From a virus, in IMG/VR virus record IMGVR_UViG_3300026516_000166, positions 3,510 through 67,509 of that record: 64,000 nucleotides of DNA; one strand, 5' to 3'. Position 1 is the first letter of the stretch, and each line of letters starts with the position of its first letter. The translations under genes were made by a program, and so were the position numbers. The notes beneath the pieces were generated by a model, which made no database searches, was not told the DNA's origin, and was given only the letters and a program-made list of their open reading frames with translations. Shown one piece after another: positions 36,901-45,716 of the stretch.

Positions 36901-37499
36901 ACGCGGAGCAGTGGGCGTTCTGGGCAGGATCAAACTCCCCGTCCAGCGCAGAGTTCCGCGTGACCAAGTACGGGCAGTTGTACGCCACTTCTGCTACCAT
37001 CACCGGCGCTGTGACGGCCAGCAGCGGGTCGATCACCGGGACGTTGACGATGGGGGCCAGCGGGAAGATCACCGGGGGCAGCGCCTGGGAGCTAAACCAG
37101 GGCGGCTTGCTGATCGCCGACAACGTGACGGCAGTGCAGTTTGGCGGCGGTACAAGCTACATGAAGCTGTGGACGTCGGGGTCCTACGGCGGCTCCATCG
37201 ACTGCGCCACCTACCCTCTGGGCCTGAACACCGGACGCGACCTGAGCCTCAACGCCAATGCGGGCAACGTCTACGGCGGCAGCGTCCGGCTGAAGAACAA
37301 CGGCAATACGCTGGTGCAGGTGGGCAACAACACCCTGGGCTTCTTCGGCGTGACCCCCGTCACCCGCCCTGCGGCCTACACCTTCACCAACGGCGCGGTT
37401 GACCGCGCCATCAACTGCGACAGCACCACGATTGGCGAGCTTGCCGACGTGGTCTATACCCTGTGGAGCGACCTCAAGAACCTGGGGTTGCTGCGATGA
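33972..37499 (+). CDS. tail tip / hub plus fibre (host-specificity) protein
   Basis: hub-like N-terminus (IRNRVTVYG), Gly/Thr-rich beta repeats (GNAEFNN, GTVYAASGEIAGW), downstream of TMP. Confidence 0.8.
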   Translation: MSDEVQVLIGGVDRTNRLLNSSLRWTEYEGGQTGAMSLEIEDVNDDLSISEWQQVVVKIGPAAVWGGYIVRALPGLTEGGNRRWSLQCESWDTLLNRTPIVRCTYANKTPAEIIADLFARAELTNEFDAEGLVAANLPVIGSFVAAGEKLTDLLDRLALLAGASWWISLDREVVFTLPASLPAAPFAVKALGLADFSTSFPPSGSPTPDIDAADIRNRVTVYGGVVPSAIEVALFYGDGATKRFTLDHAPVHEIVKITVDGVLQWHGYDYYDSQFNNYDCLVDYTLGTVRWLDAPPFDAEIEVQYRYRQQLVTVRQSDASHAQYGRWFDFELRDASLTTEPACIAAADALLAEYAFPAVGASLEVEWFGPRAGQRIQVEMPSLGLSGFYVIRQATVELARSTRKALVALKVGGRSARLSRVIGGERGTGSLLGPGAYLPTQPNQSLSGEIDLLRVRDRIEVIDRATTFVSPGNYGNATGLVLLFDAVAQQGRLLGLDGGVLQAYFDHDGTIKWDGGNGALRSNGLNIGPWDNGFGDQGIQLEYNGGSPRAYIGDGDANFFLFDGADAQFGGLIYAAGGHFSGSVYVGASNPRIHLDGFNKRIESTNFAAGVSGFRLAGATGNAEFNDATLRGTIYAAGGDFSGSVYVGTADPRIHIDGANKRIESTNFASGTSGFRIEGATGNAEFNNITARGAIASAVFTYNQIQATAGEIVVAKGAGKLASSATLGLGTRILTIEDPPGISHAAAGTLWAVNDIVRIKDPAICDTWLKVMAVIDNTTNWLLFASYQSGTMFGTVQSGTAVVNYGQSGQGLVRISTVGSYAPLISIATHAGAPWSTLIEKARLGNLDGISDASGYGLWTNSGFFTGTVNAASGQIGGWSVSPGLLYADNVGLSPADYPFFAGSSKPETAPFQVTASGQLTATDAIITGDITATSGTFTGTVYAASGEIAGWKMTPTRLYSEDPAAYAGVGMATYQDAEQWAFWAGSNSPSSAEFRVTKYGQLYATSATITGAVTASSGSITGTLTMGASGKITGGSAWELNQGGLLIADNVTAVQFGGGTSYMKLWTSGSYGGSIDCATYPLGLNTGRDLSLNANAGNVYGGSVRLKNNGNTLVQVGNNTLGFFGVTPVTRPAAYTFTNGAVDRAINCDSTTIGELADVVYTLWSDLKNLGLLR
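35688..36053 (+). repeat. 183-nt (61-aa) tandem duplication in tail protein
   Basis: IYAAGG.FSGSVYVG units starting 35688 and 35871. Confidence 0.85.
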
Positions 37500-37513
37500 G
37501 AGAGGAACCAAGG

Positions 37514-37711
37514 ATGGACAGAACACGGATCGAACAGGAACTTGCCCTGGCCCGCCAGGAGCGCGAGACCTTCATCCGCCAGGCTGAGCGCCAGATCGCC
37601 ATGCTGGACGGCGCGATCCTCGCGCTGGAACGCGTGCTGAAAGATCAAGCGGTTACGAATGTAACCACAGAGGCTACAGACGTAGCCGCAAGTGAGGAGA
37701 CCGGATCATGA
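37514..37711 (+). CDS. small coiled-coil protein (possible fibre chaperone)
   Basis: heptad pattern, directly after tail protein. Confidence 0.5.
   Translation: MDRTRIEQELALARQERETFIRQAERQIAMLDGAILALERVLKDQAVTNVTTEATDVAASEETGS
37652..37665. promoter_or_regulatory. dispersed palindromic site
   Basis: GTTACGAATGTAAC. Confidence 0.6.
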
Positions 37712-38097
37712 CCGAGAACCTTCTGGCCGGCTTCGTGCTGGGCTTGCTGGCGGCGACCATCGCGCTGCTGGTCTACTCCCGCCTTACGGATCGGAACGGC
37801 GAGATCGAGCTTCCCGACGACCTGCTCTTGCAGATCGGTGAGATCATCGGTCGGGTGGCGCACAGCGCAGCCTGTCTGGGCAAGGCGCTGACGCCGGGGC
37901 AGGTGGAGCAGATCGCCGATTGGGTCTTCTTCAGGTTCCCCCCGGTGCGCCAGCTGTTCACCCAGGAGGAGTGGCGCGGGCTGCTGGCGCTGATCCTGCT
38001 CTGGCTGACCGATGGCCCGCCGGCGGCCGCTGAGGGCGGAGGGCCGGAAGAAGCGACGTGGCAGGAGTTCGAGACGTTCGTGAGTAAGCTGGTGTGA
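37708..38097 (+). CDS. membrane-anchored protein, possible holin
   Basis: N-terminal TM helix, last gene of late operon. Confidence 0.4.
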   Translation: MTENLLAGFVLGLLAATIALLVYSRLTDRNGEIELPDDLLLQIGEIIGRVAHSAACLGKALTPGQVEQIADWVFFRFPPVRQLFTQEEWRGLLALILLWLTDGPPAAAEGGGPEEATWQEFETFVSKLV

Positions 38098-38103
38098 CAA
38101 GTG

Positions 38104-38132
38104 CAGGCCCCAGGGTTGATCCTTGGGGCCTG
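38104..38132. terminator. hairpin at convergence of late and early arms
   Basis: CAGGCCCCAGGG / CCTTGGGGCCTG stem. Confidence 0.65.
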
Positions 38133-38152
38133 TGTCTTGGAGAAAAGCGGTC

Positions 38153-38494
38153 TCAGTGCAGGCGTGGCTTGTGGTGCGTTCTTTGGTGCTGCTCCACCAG
38201 CCTTCTGGCCTTGGCCGTCCACTCCTGGTAGCGGGTCCGGGAGAGGTCGAACACCCAGCCCCCCTTGTCCCAGTTGAGATGCCCGCAGTCCACGGTGGCG
38301 TCCTTGCTGCCCACTTTCATGCTCAGGTGCAGCAGGCCGCCGCCGTCGCGGCCCCCTTCGCGAACCAGCACCTGCGGGCCGCCCGCGGCCTGGCTGCCCC
38401 ACAGCATCACCGTCTCGCCGGAGTACCACTGCGGTTTGCCTTCCACCAGTTGCCTGGCTTGGTCGTAGATCGAGGAGGATGGGGTGGTCATCAT
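38153..38494 (-). CDS. hypothetical protein
   Basis: SD AAAGGAG, coding-like codon use. Confidence 0.6.
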   Translation of the reverse strand: MMTTPSSSIYDQARQLVEGKPQWYSGETVMLWGSQAAGGPQVLVREGGRDGGGLLHLSMKVGSKDATVDCGHLNWDKGGWVFDLSRTRYQEWTAKARRLVEQHQRTHHKPRLH

Positions 38495-38623
38495 GGCTCC
38501 TTTCGTCCTCGTCGCGCCGTCCGGGTTGGTGTCTTCAGAATTCCTCGTAAACCCTGGGTAAAACCGTTTCTGAGGCTGTTTTATGGGCTTGAGCGGCCAG
38601 AAAACGGCCTTGGAGATTTTTCG

Positions 38624-38830
38624 TCAGGCGTCGTGGGCGTCTTCGCCATCGCCCAGCTTCACCAGCAGCGCGTCGATGGCGCGGGTCTTCACGTCCAACG
38701 CCTGCTGCTCCTCGGCGCGGGCCTCGCCGCGCACGTAGCGGTCGATCAGCCTCTGGGCTTGCAGTTCGAGGGAGTAGACCGAGTGGAACAGTTGGTCGCG
38801 TTCGGGTTTGGTCAGGTTCTGCAACATCAC
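38624..38830 (-). CDS. hypothetical protein
   Basis: SD AGGAGG. Confidence 0.55.
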   Translation of the reverse strand: MMLQNLTKPERDQLFHSVYSLELQAQRLIDRYVRGEARAEEQQALDVKTRAIDALLVKLGDGEDAHDA

Positions 38831-38836
38831 GCCCTC

Positions 38837-39082
38837 CTATCTCACCACCACGCTGCCATAGATGAAGTACATGCGGCAGGTGGGGACGCCGGGCAGCGCG
38901 GCCGCCACCTCGCCGATGGTCACAATGCAAGGCTTGCCGTTGTGCTGGCGGCTGACGGTGAAGATGTGCGATCCCGCCACCGTCTGCCACTTGTCGATCA
39001 CGTACCCTTGCGCCTCCAATGTCTCGATCCCCTGCAGGATGAGCGGGTCGTCGGCGCTCTGCTTGCTTGCGGTTGCTGACAT
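38837..39082 (-). CDS. hypothetical protein
   Basis: SD AAGGAG. Confidence 0.55.
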   Translation of the reverse strand: MSATASKQSADDPLILQGIETLEAQGYVIDKWQTVAGSHIFTVSRQHNGKPCIVTIGEVAAALPGVPTCRMYFIYGSVVVR

Positions 39083-39098
39083 GGCTTTCTCCTTGTGG

Positions 39099-40208
39099 TT
39101 AGAATTCAAACTGCATGGCGGCCAGGGCCGGTTCGGCGGCAGGCAGCGAGCGTGCCTTGCCGGTTCCGTTTCTGCTGGTCGGGGCCGTGGCCCGAAACGC
39201 GTCCAGGTCGAACAGCGCCTGCTGCTGGCGCACCGCGTCGGCCAGGGCGTCCACGACCTCCTGCTGGCCGTTGCGCGCCGCCTCCTGCGCCTCCCGGTAG
39301 GCGTCGGCGTAGGGCTGGGGGACGGCGCTCAACTCCGCCCCGGACAGCGCCAGCGCCGACTTGACGTAGGAGCCGTTCAGGCCGTAGATCATCACGTTGC
39401 AGCGGGCCATGCGCACGCAGGTCTGGTCGATGTCCATGCCGTAGAACTGCACCAGCCCCGACTGGACGATCCAGGCCGGGGTGTTGAACGCGCCCGCCAG
39501 GAACATGACGCCCGACCCGCAGCAGGGGTCGAGCACCCGCACCGGCTCGTAGCGGTGCAGGACGTAGGGCAGCATCTTCTCGGTCAACCAGGCGAAGCGG
39601 TCGGCGTCGGTGAACTGCTCGTTGTCCAGCAGCAGGCCGGAGAGGGTGGTAGCCGTGAGGATGGCGTGACAGGGGTCGCTCTCGTCGGCCAGCACCGCGC
39701 GGCCGGCCGCTTGGAGGCGGTCGAGCACGTCCCGCTCGATGCCGCCGTCTGACATCGTGATCTGGCCCATCATGTTGGCGACGGCCCAGGGGGTGAAGTA
39801 CTGCCCGCTGCCCGGCTTGTAGGAGGTCGCCATGTACAGCCCGCCCAGGATGTCATAGCCGCTGTAGACCGAGGCGGGGGGCTGGCGCTGCCAGAAGCCA
39901 TCGGCGGCGTCCAGCGTGATGGCGATGGCCTCGGCGAACCTGTCCCACTGGTCGGGGCGGGGGTAGACGGCGCGCAGCCTTTGGAACAGCGCCTGGGTGG
40001 CGGGCGTGTCCTCGGCCAGGCAGCGCTCTTTAGCTGCGCTGGCGGCGTGGGCGGGCAGGCTTTCCAGCACCGCCTCGGTCAACTCCAGCCAGTCCTCGAA
40101 GACACGGTACATGCCGTTGTGCGATGTGGCCTGCACCCGCTCCAGCGCCTTGAGCACGGCGCGCACCGGGTCGCCCTGGGGGAAGTCAGAGCTTGTCCTG
40201 CGGTTCAT
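39099..40208 (-). CDS. HsdM-like N6-adenine methyltransferase fold lacking an NPPY/F motif
   Basis: DILGGLY, GQYFTP, LDPCCGSG, GMDID...MARCN; no motif IV follows. Confidence 0.75.
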   Translation of the reverse strand: MNRRTSSDFPQGDPVRAVLKALERVQATSHNGMYRVFEDWLELTEAVLESLPAHAASAAKERCLAEDTPATQALFQRLRAVYPRPDQWDRFAEAIAITLDAADGFWQRQPPASVYSGYDILGGLYMATSYKPGSGQYFTPWAVANMMGQITMSDGGIERDVLDRLQAAGRAVLADESDPCHAILTATTLSGLLLDNEQFTDADRFAWLTEKMLPYVLHRYEPVRVLDPCCGSGVMFLAGAFNTPAWIVQSGLVQFYGMDIDQTCVRMARCNVMIYGLNGSYVKSALALSGAELSAVPQPYADAYREAQEAARNGQQEVVDALADAVRQQQALFDLDAFRATAPTSRNGTGKARSLPAAEPALAAMQFEF

Positions 40209-40480
40209 CGTTGCGCCTCCGCTGCCAACGGGTCAGGGCCGGCGTAGGGCTGGCCCTCCTGGTCGAACAGGGCGTAGGTGATGCGGAACTGGCCGGGGCG
40301 GTGGGTGGGCCTGGCGCGCACCTCGAAGCCGGCCCAGCCGGGCATCTCTTTGTCCAGGTGGTCGGACACCAGCCTGGCCGGGGTGCGGGCCTCCCCTTCC
40401 AGCACCACCTTGCCGCGGAAGGTGACGCCGGGCTGGACGGCGTAGGTGTGTTTCAAGGCTTTGTAGACGGTGTAGCGCAT
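40205..40480 (-). CDS. hypothetical protein
   Basis: SD AGGAGG before MRYTVY. Confidence 0.55.
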   Translation of the reverse strand: MRYTVYKALKHTYAVQPGVTFRGKVVLEGEARTPARLVSDHLDKEMPGWAGFEVRARPTHRPGQFRITYALFDQEGQPYAGPDPLAAEAQR

Positions 40481-40575
40481 GGCGGCCTCCTGATGGTCTC
40501 GACTGGCCGGCCCCGGACGCGAAACCAGCGCCCCCGATGTCCGGGAGCGCTGGTTGGCGCGGGTGTGTGGGTGAG

Positions 40576-41280
40576 CTACCATATCCGTTTGGCCGTGTTC
40601 TCCACCGCCAGCCGCAGGGCCGTGGCGTGGTCGGTGGTGCGGAGAACCTTCTCGGACAGCGTGCCGAAGTCGGACTTGCCGCGGCCATAGGAGTGCTTGG
40701 TGCAGAAGGCCCCGACGAAGCGGTAACAGGGCATCTCCTTGCCGCTGTCCCAGTCCAGGTGGGTGTCTTCCTCGACCCTAAACACGATCTCGTGCGGCTT
40801 GCCGTTGCGGTCGAGGATGGTGGCGTGGTGCATCCCACCGGGGATCTCGCTGACCACGGCGCTGGCATTGGCGGCCGCCGCCGCTGCCTCCTCGGCCTGC
40901 TCCCGCTCCCAGCGGGCCTGCCGCTCGGCGTCCTTGCGGTCTCGCTCGGCCTGCTTGGTGGCCTCCCGCTGCGCCAGGTACGCCTCGTAGGCGGCGGTGA
41001 TCGCGTCCGGGTCGTCGCCGAACTCTGCCACGTAGGGGTAGCGGCCGCCGCCCCGCTCGTAGTAGTACATGCTGTACTTGTTAGGCGTGAAGACCACCTC
41101 GTCGGCCTTGCCGTGCTTGGGCTTGGCCTTCACCCACTTGGCGTCGGTGATGCGGGTGACGAGGTAGGGGGCGTAGAGGCGCTGGGTCTCGCCGTTGCCG
41201 TTGTAGGCCGTGACCTCGCACCAGATGGTGCCGCCGACCTTGACCTTGGTGCTGACATGTGCCTGTTGCAGGGCTTTCAT
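40576..41280 (-). CDS. hypothetical protein
   Basis: SD AAAGGA, central coiled coil. Confidence 0.65.
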   Translation of the reverse strand: MKALQQAHVSTKVKVGGTIWCEVTAYNGNGETQRLYAPYLVTRITDAKWVKAKPKHGKADEVVFTPNKYSMYYYERGGGRYPYVAEFGDDPDAITAAYEAYLAQREATKQAERDRKDAERQARWEREQAEEAAAAAANASAVVSEIPGGMHHATILDRNGKPHEIVFRVEEDTHLDWDSGKEMPCYRFVGAFCTKHSYGRGKSDFGTLSEKVLRTTDHATALRLAVENTAKRIW

Positions 41281-41310
41281 GGGAGTGTGTTCCTTTCAGG
41301 GGATGGTGGG

Positions 41311-41595
41311 TTAGAAGTAGTCGCCTTCGCCTTCGTCAAAGTCGTCTTCGATGTCCTCCTCGTGGTCACAGAAGACGCACGGGCAGCAGTCGGCGTGGGT
41401 CGGCATGTTGCAGTCGCAGGCTTCGTGGTTGCAGAACGGCTCGTGGTTCTCGTGGCGGTCGTCCCATTCCTCGTAAGTGAACGGCTTGCCGCAGACATCG
41501 CACAGGATCGGGGTGCCGTCGAGGTCTCTGGCGATGCGAGCAGTGGGTGTAACAGTGTTTTTGCAGGCGTACGAGGGTAGGTAGCGGAGTGACAT
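41311..41595 (-). CDS. Cys/His-rich small protein with acidic tail
   Basis: CDVC...HEPFCNHEACDC...HADCCPC..C; acidic C-terminus. Confidence 0.6.
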   Translation of the reverse strand: MSLRYLPSYACKNTVTPTARIARDLDGTPILCDVCGKPFTYEEWDDRHENHEPFCNHEACDCNMPTHADCCPCVFCDHEEDIEDDFDEGEGDYF

Positions 41596-41614
41596 GGCGG
41601 GGTTCCTTTCTGGC

Positions 41615-41932
41615 CTAGTTCCACTCGTGCGGCTTGGTGTCGCGTAAGGTGGGGTCCGGCTCGTCGTCGTAGTTGCCGCCGTCTTCGCCCTCGACCTCCT
41701 CGGCATACTCGCGGTAGCGCTCGATCAGCTTGTCCAGGTTCAGGTCGCGGGAGAGGAAGCCGTGGTCTTCGCTCGCCATGATCTTCAGGTGATCGACCAG
41801 GTAGGCTTTGGCGTTGCCGTCGCCAGCGGTGGCCTTCTCCAGGATCTCGATGGCCTGGAACAGGTGCTCCTGCGCCTCGCGGATCATGTCGATCCTCTCA
41901 TCGTAGGTGAACTCACAGGGTAGGCGGGTCAT
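41615..41932 (-). CDS. hypothetical acidic protein
   Basis: SD AAGGAG. Confidence 0.6.
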   Translation of the reverse strand: MTRLPCEFTYDERIDMIREAQEHLFQAIEILEKATAGDGNAKAYLVDHLKIMASEDHGFLSRDLNLDKLIERYREYAEEVEGEDGGNYDDEPDPTLRDTKPHEWN

Positions 41933-41953
41933 GGGTGGTCTCCTTGTCTTGGG

Positions 41954-41967
41954 GTTATGATCGTAAC
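41954..41967. promoter_or_regulatory. dispersed palindromic site
   Basis: GTTATGATCGTAAC. Confidence 0.6.
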
Positions 41968-41976
41968 TACATGGCG

Positions 41977-42186
41977 TCAGGGCAGCAGCTTGACCTCACG
42001 CAGGCCCTTCAGCCCAGCCAGCCGCTTGGCGGTGGCGATGGCCTGGAGGTAGTTGTCGGTGATGGTCTCGGTCTTGCCGCCAATCTGGAACGTCCAGCAG
42101 CCATAGCCGCTGGGGGCTGCGCCGTGGGCGGCGCGGTACGGGCTGATGTCTTCCGTCACGAGGTTGAGGGGGGTGATGGTGGTCAC
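41977..42186 (-). CDS. hypothetical protein
   Basis: SD AGGAGG; HGAAPSGYGCWTF. Confidence 0.55.
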   Translation of the reverse strand: MTTITPLNLVTEDISPYRAAHGAAPSGYGCWTFQIGGKTETITDNYLQAIATAKRLAGLKGLREVKLLP

Positions 42187-42195
42187 GGTGGCCTC

Positions 42196-42468
42196 CTACT
42201 TGACTTCCAGTTCGTGCGGCTCCATGCCGGGCCAGGAGATGGCGTAGCGCAGGGTTCGGGTCGGGTTGAGGGAGCGCAACCGCCGCACGTAGTCTGCGGC
42301 CTCCTCGATGCTGTGGAACTGCCGGGTGTCGTCCTTCATCCTGGACAAGCCGCCGCTCTTCGTGATGCGGGTCAGGGTCACGTCCTTGCTGCGGGTGTCG
42401 TAGGTCTTGGCTTGCTGTCGGCTGCGGCAGGCGGCTGACCAATCTCGGTAGAACGCTTGGGATACCAT
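42196..42468 (-). CDS. hypothetical protein
   Basis: SD AAAGGAG. Confidence 0.55.
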   Translation of the reverse strand: MVSQAFYRDWSAACRSRQQAKTYDTRSKDVTLTRITKSGGLSRMKDDTRQFHSIEEAADYVRRLRSLNPTRTLRYAISWPGMEPHELEVK

Positions 42469-42496
42469 GAGGGAAGCTCCTTTCGCAGGTCGGGGG

Positions 42497-42712
42497 CTAG
42501 CGGGCGATGCCGTTGGGGAACTCCCGCTCCCAGGCCGGCAGCATGGCGATGATGTCGTCGTCGGCCAGGGCGATGTGGGGGTTGCGCTCGGCGAAGATGC
42601 GAACCGCCTCGTCGAAGTCGGTGTAGCCTTCGTCGTTGCAGGAGGCGATCTCGTAGCCGATCTGGATCACGTCGTATTCGTTGGTGTCGGGCTGGGGGCG
42701 GCGGGTGGTCAT
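42497..42712 (-). CDS. hypothetical acidic protein
   Basis: SD AAAGGA, first gene after promoter copy 1. Confidence 0.55.
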   Translation of the reverse strand: MTTRRPQPDTNEYDVIQIGYEIASCNDEGYTDFDEAVRIFAERNPHIALADDDIIAMLPAWEREFPNGIAR

Positions 42713-42746
42713 CGGTGGGTTCCTTTCGTGCTAGTGTGATGTAGTT

Positions 42747-42796
42747 TACTCATATTTTTATCATTATAACAGGATTATGTATAGAAGTCAATCCCC
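42747..42796 (-). promoter_or_regulatory. early promoter repeat, copy 1
   Basis: minus strand GGGGA-TTGACT-17 nt-TATAAT with extended TG, then ATATGAGTA. Confidence 0.85.
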
Positions 42797-42875
42797 TTTG
42801 GCCCCCAAATCTCGTCCCAATTTTCCGCCCGCCCCGGATCATGCAGACCTGGGGCGGGCGGTCTCTGGCGGGAGG

Positions 42876-43259
42876 TTATTGCAGGTACGGCACAGGCTGC
42901 ATCCAGAAGCCGCTGGCCGGCTGCGGCATGGGCCTAGGCGCGGCGGGCTTCCTGGCGGGGTGCTCCAACACGTAGGCGCTGGAGCCGTCCTTGGCGATGA
43001 ACAGCGCGGCGAAGGTGTTGGGCAGGGTCTGGGCCTTGCGGATCGTGGCGACCGTGTCGGGGTGCAGGCCGGGCGCGATCTCGCCAAGCTCCTGCAAGCC
43101 CTGGCTGATCGACGTCGCCTCGATCACGTAGGCGGTATCCCGCTCCTCCTCCACCACCAGGAACAGCAGGTCGTGGATGGCTTCAGGGCGGCGCTTGAGG
43201 TAGTCGGGGTAGGCGATTGACAGCAGGCGCATCAGCATCCGATCGTGACGGGTGGACAT
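42876..43259 (-). CDS. hypothetical protein
   Basis: SD AAAGGAG before MSTRHDR. Confidence 0.6.
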   Translation of the reverse strand: MSTRHDRMLMRLLSIAYPDYLKRRPEAIHDLLFLVVEEERDTAYVIEATSISQGLQELGEIAPGLHPDTVATIRKAQTLPNTFAALFIAKDGSSAYVLEHPARKPAAPRPMPQPASGFWMQPVPYLQ

Positions 43260-43277
43260 GGGTTGTTCTCCTTTGGG

Positions 43278-43291
43278 GTTATGAAAGTAAC
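43278..43291. promoter_or_regulatory. dispersed palindromic site
   Basis: GTTATGAAAGTAAC. Confidence 0.6.
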
Positions 43292-43518
43292 TAAAGGGTG
43301 GGAAGCTCGACCCGGCTGACTTGCTTGAGCAGGCCGTGGCGGGCCAGAATGGCGGCATCCCAGGGGTTGAGCAGGATCCCCGCCCGCAGGGCATCGCGGG
43401 CGCGCTGCTGGCGGTCGGGGTCGGGGCTGCGCAGGTCTTGGATGATCTGGATCAGCCCCCGGCCGGTGAGGGTGTCGTCTTCGGGGGCCAGGCCGATCAG
43501 GTCGGTCAGGTCGAGCAT
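43291..43518 (-). CDS. hypothetical protein
   Basis: SD AGGAG before MLDLTD. Confidence 0.5.
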   Translation of the reverse strand: MLDLTDLIGLAPEDDTLTGRGLIQIIQDLRSPDPDRQQRARDALRAGILLNPWDAAILARHGLLKQVSRVELPTL

Positions 43519-43573
43519 GGTGGGTGCTCCTGGCGGGGCGTCCCGGCGAGCAGACGCCCCGCCTGTGGCGCGT

Positions 43574-44236
43574 CTACTCAAGGGCGGTGACGCGGGACGG
43601 CTTGCCGTCCTTCTCCTCGTAGGTGGCGGTCATGGTGATCTCGTACTCCACGTCCGGGTCGAGGCTCTCGGCGTCGATGCCGACGCTCGCCAGCACCTCC
43701 GGCCACACCCTGACGCCGAACTTGGCGAACTTGCCGCCCGCCAGCTTCCAGTAGGTCTTGCCGCTCTTGGTCTCGCCGATCAGGCGGTCGGTCTGGAAGG
43801 TCAGGCGGGTGGGCGCTGGGTCGGCAACTTTGACCGGGGCGGCCTTCCCGTTGGCGGGCGGGGCGGGCTGGCGGGCAGGGCGCAGGCCGGCAGCCTTGGC
43901 GGGTGCCTGGCCCTCCGGCTCCTCCTCCTCGCCCGTAGGCTCGTAGCCGTTCTCGGGCGTGATGGGGCTGTTGGGCTTCTTCCCGTTGGCCCTGGCCCGC
44001 TCCGCGGCCAGCCCGTCCTGCGCGTTGCGGCTCAGGCAGGGGACGGCGTGCAGGTCGGTCTTCAGCCACTTGGTGACCTGCCCAAGCTCCAGTAGCAGGC
44101 TCTTGGTCAGGTCGGCGGTGGCCCCTTCCCGCATGGTCAGGTTGATCTCCACGCCGTTGACGAGGAAGGACGTGAAGGCCAGCGCGCGGGCCTCGCGGTG
44201 CAGCGGGCCTTCGGGGTTGGTGTCGGCGGTGGTCAT
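43574..44236 (-). CDS. hypothetical protein (two domains joined by a Pro/Ala linker)
   Basis: SD AAAGGAG. Confidence 0.6.
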   Translation of the reverse strand: MTTADTNPEGPLHREARALAFTSFLVNGVEINLTMREGATADLTKSLLLELGQVTKWLKTDLHAVPCLSRNAQDGLAAERARANGKKPNSPITPENGYEPTGEEEEPEGQAPAKAAGLRPARQPAPPANGKAAPVKVADPAPTRLTFQTDRLIGETKSGKTYWKLAGGKFAKFGVRVWPEVLASVGIDAESLDPDVEYEITMTATYEEKDGKPSRVTALE

Positions 44237-44324
44237 GGGGGTGTCTCCTTTCGTACTTATGTTTGTAATGATATGGCGGTGCTAGGCGAAAAGTGAATAG
44301 GCGTTGCCAAAAAAAGAGAGGCGC

Positions 44325-45614
44325 TCACAGCGTCCGGCCTGCGGCCCGCCCGTTGGCGCGGTCGAGGACGGGGACGGCGATCTCGGCCTTGCCCGTGCCG
44401 TTCTTCCCGTTGGCGCGGCCTGCGGGTTGGGCGACAAGCTCAGGGGCGGAGAGGATGCCGTGGTCGGTGCGGGCGATGCGGCTCTCCTGGCCCAGCGCGG
44501 CCAGCTGGCGGCGGGTCATGGCCCGGATCTCGCGGATGGTGGCCGACACGTCGGCAAGCTCGCGCTGCTCGGCGGGCTGGTCGACGATCTGGCGCATACG
44601 GGCCACGGCCTGGTCGATGTCGCGGTCGCCGATGAAGTTCAGCCGCTCCAACTGCTCCACCAGGTTGCGCACCTGCACCACCGAGCGGCTGTGCAGCTTG
44701 CCGTTGCGGTCGAGGGAGCGCTGCACGTCGCTCAGCGCCTCGTAGACCAGGGAGCGTAGCTGCCCCGCCACGTCGGCCACGAAGCCGCTGACCAGCTTCT
44801 CCTTCTGCTCCCTGGCCTGGCGCAGCACGTCCTCGTTCATGGCGTCGATCATGGCCTGGCGCTTGCGCTCGCCCTCCAGCGCCTCGCGGTCCTTGATCGC
44901 CTCCACCCGCACCCGGTCGGCCTCGGCCTCGTCGGCGGCGATCATGGAGGGCAGGGGGACGAAGGTAAGCTCGACCTCGAAGGTGAAGGAGCGGCGGATG
45001 CTGTCGGGCGTGGGGATCAGGGAGCGGATGCGGGTCATGAACCTGTCCACGTACTGGTCTTCGGGCAGGTAGCGGAAGTCCAGGTCGATGCCCGCCTGCA
45101 GGCGGTTGGCCCTGCGGTAGGCGAGCCGCGCGGCCTCGGAGAACTTGTCCAGGTGGGGTTCGATCACGCTGGCGTAGTTGGCGGCCAGGTAGTCGGCCTT
45201 GGCGAACCAGCGCGCCTTGAGGTCGTCCATCTCGGCCATGAAGTCCGCGTAGGCCGTGGCGGGGATGAAGGTGCCGAAGGAGGTTTCGAAGCCGTAGCGG
45301 CCGGGGGTCTGCCGCGCCTGGCTCTCGATGCTGACCAGCGCCTTCTCGGTCTCCTTGTCCAGCAGCAGCTTGGACCCCAGCACGATCAGGTCGTCGTACA
45401 GCTTGGCCTCGCCGTTCAGGTGCAGGCCCAGGTCGTCGAAGCCCAGGCTGGTGCGGGCGCGCCAGCGGCCCATGTGCACCTTGACGATCACCCCCTCCTT
45501 GAGCAGTTCCAGCCAGCGGCTGGGCGCGGTCTTGATCTCCTGCGCGTCCACGCCCAGCGCGCTCGCCAGCACGGCCTTGCTGTCTTTGACGGTGGATTTG
45601 GTGTCGGATGGCAT
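44325..45614 (-). CDS. DUF3150-like coiled-coil protein
   Basis: GTFIPATAY...DDLKARWFAKADYLAANY...IPTPDSIRRSFTFE...LNFIGD pattern; adjacent to AAA ATPase. Confidence 0.6.
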   Translation of the reverse strand: MPSDTKSTVKDSKAVLASALGVDAQEIKTAPSRWLELLKEGVIVKVHMGRWRARTSLGFDDLGLHLNGEAKLYDDLIVLGSKLLLDKETEKALVSIESQARQTPGRYGFETSFGTFIPATAYADFMAEMDDLKARWFAKADYLAANYASVIEPHLDKFSEAARLAYRRANRLQAGIDLDFRYLPEDQYVDRFMTRIRSLIPTPDSIRRSFTFEVELTFVPLPSMIAADEAEADRVRVEAIKDREALEGERKRQAMIDAMNEDVLRQAREQKEKLVSGFVADVAGQLRSLVYEALSDVQRSLDRNGKLHSRSVVQVRNLVEQLERLNFIGDRDIDQAVARMRQIVDQPAEQRELADVSATIREIRAMTRRQLAALGQESRIARTDHGILSAPELVAQPAGRANGKNGTGKAEIAVPVLDRANGRAAGRTL

Positions 45615-45640
45615 CGGTGATCTCCTTCGCGGTGTGGGTT

Positions 45641-45698
45641 ATGCAGAATACTCATATTTCTTACATTATAACAGGAAAGCTAAGTGAAGTCAATCCCC
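45641..45698 (-). promoter_or_regulatory. early promoter repeat, copy 2
   Basis: TTGACT(45693)-17 nt-TATAAT(45670) on minus strand. Confidence 0.85.
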
Positions 45699-45716
45699 AA
45701 TTTTACGATCATAACG

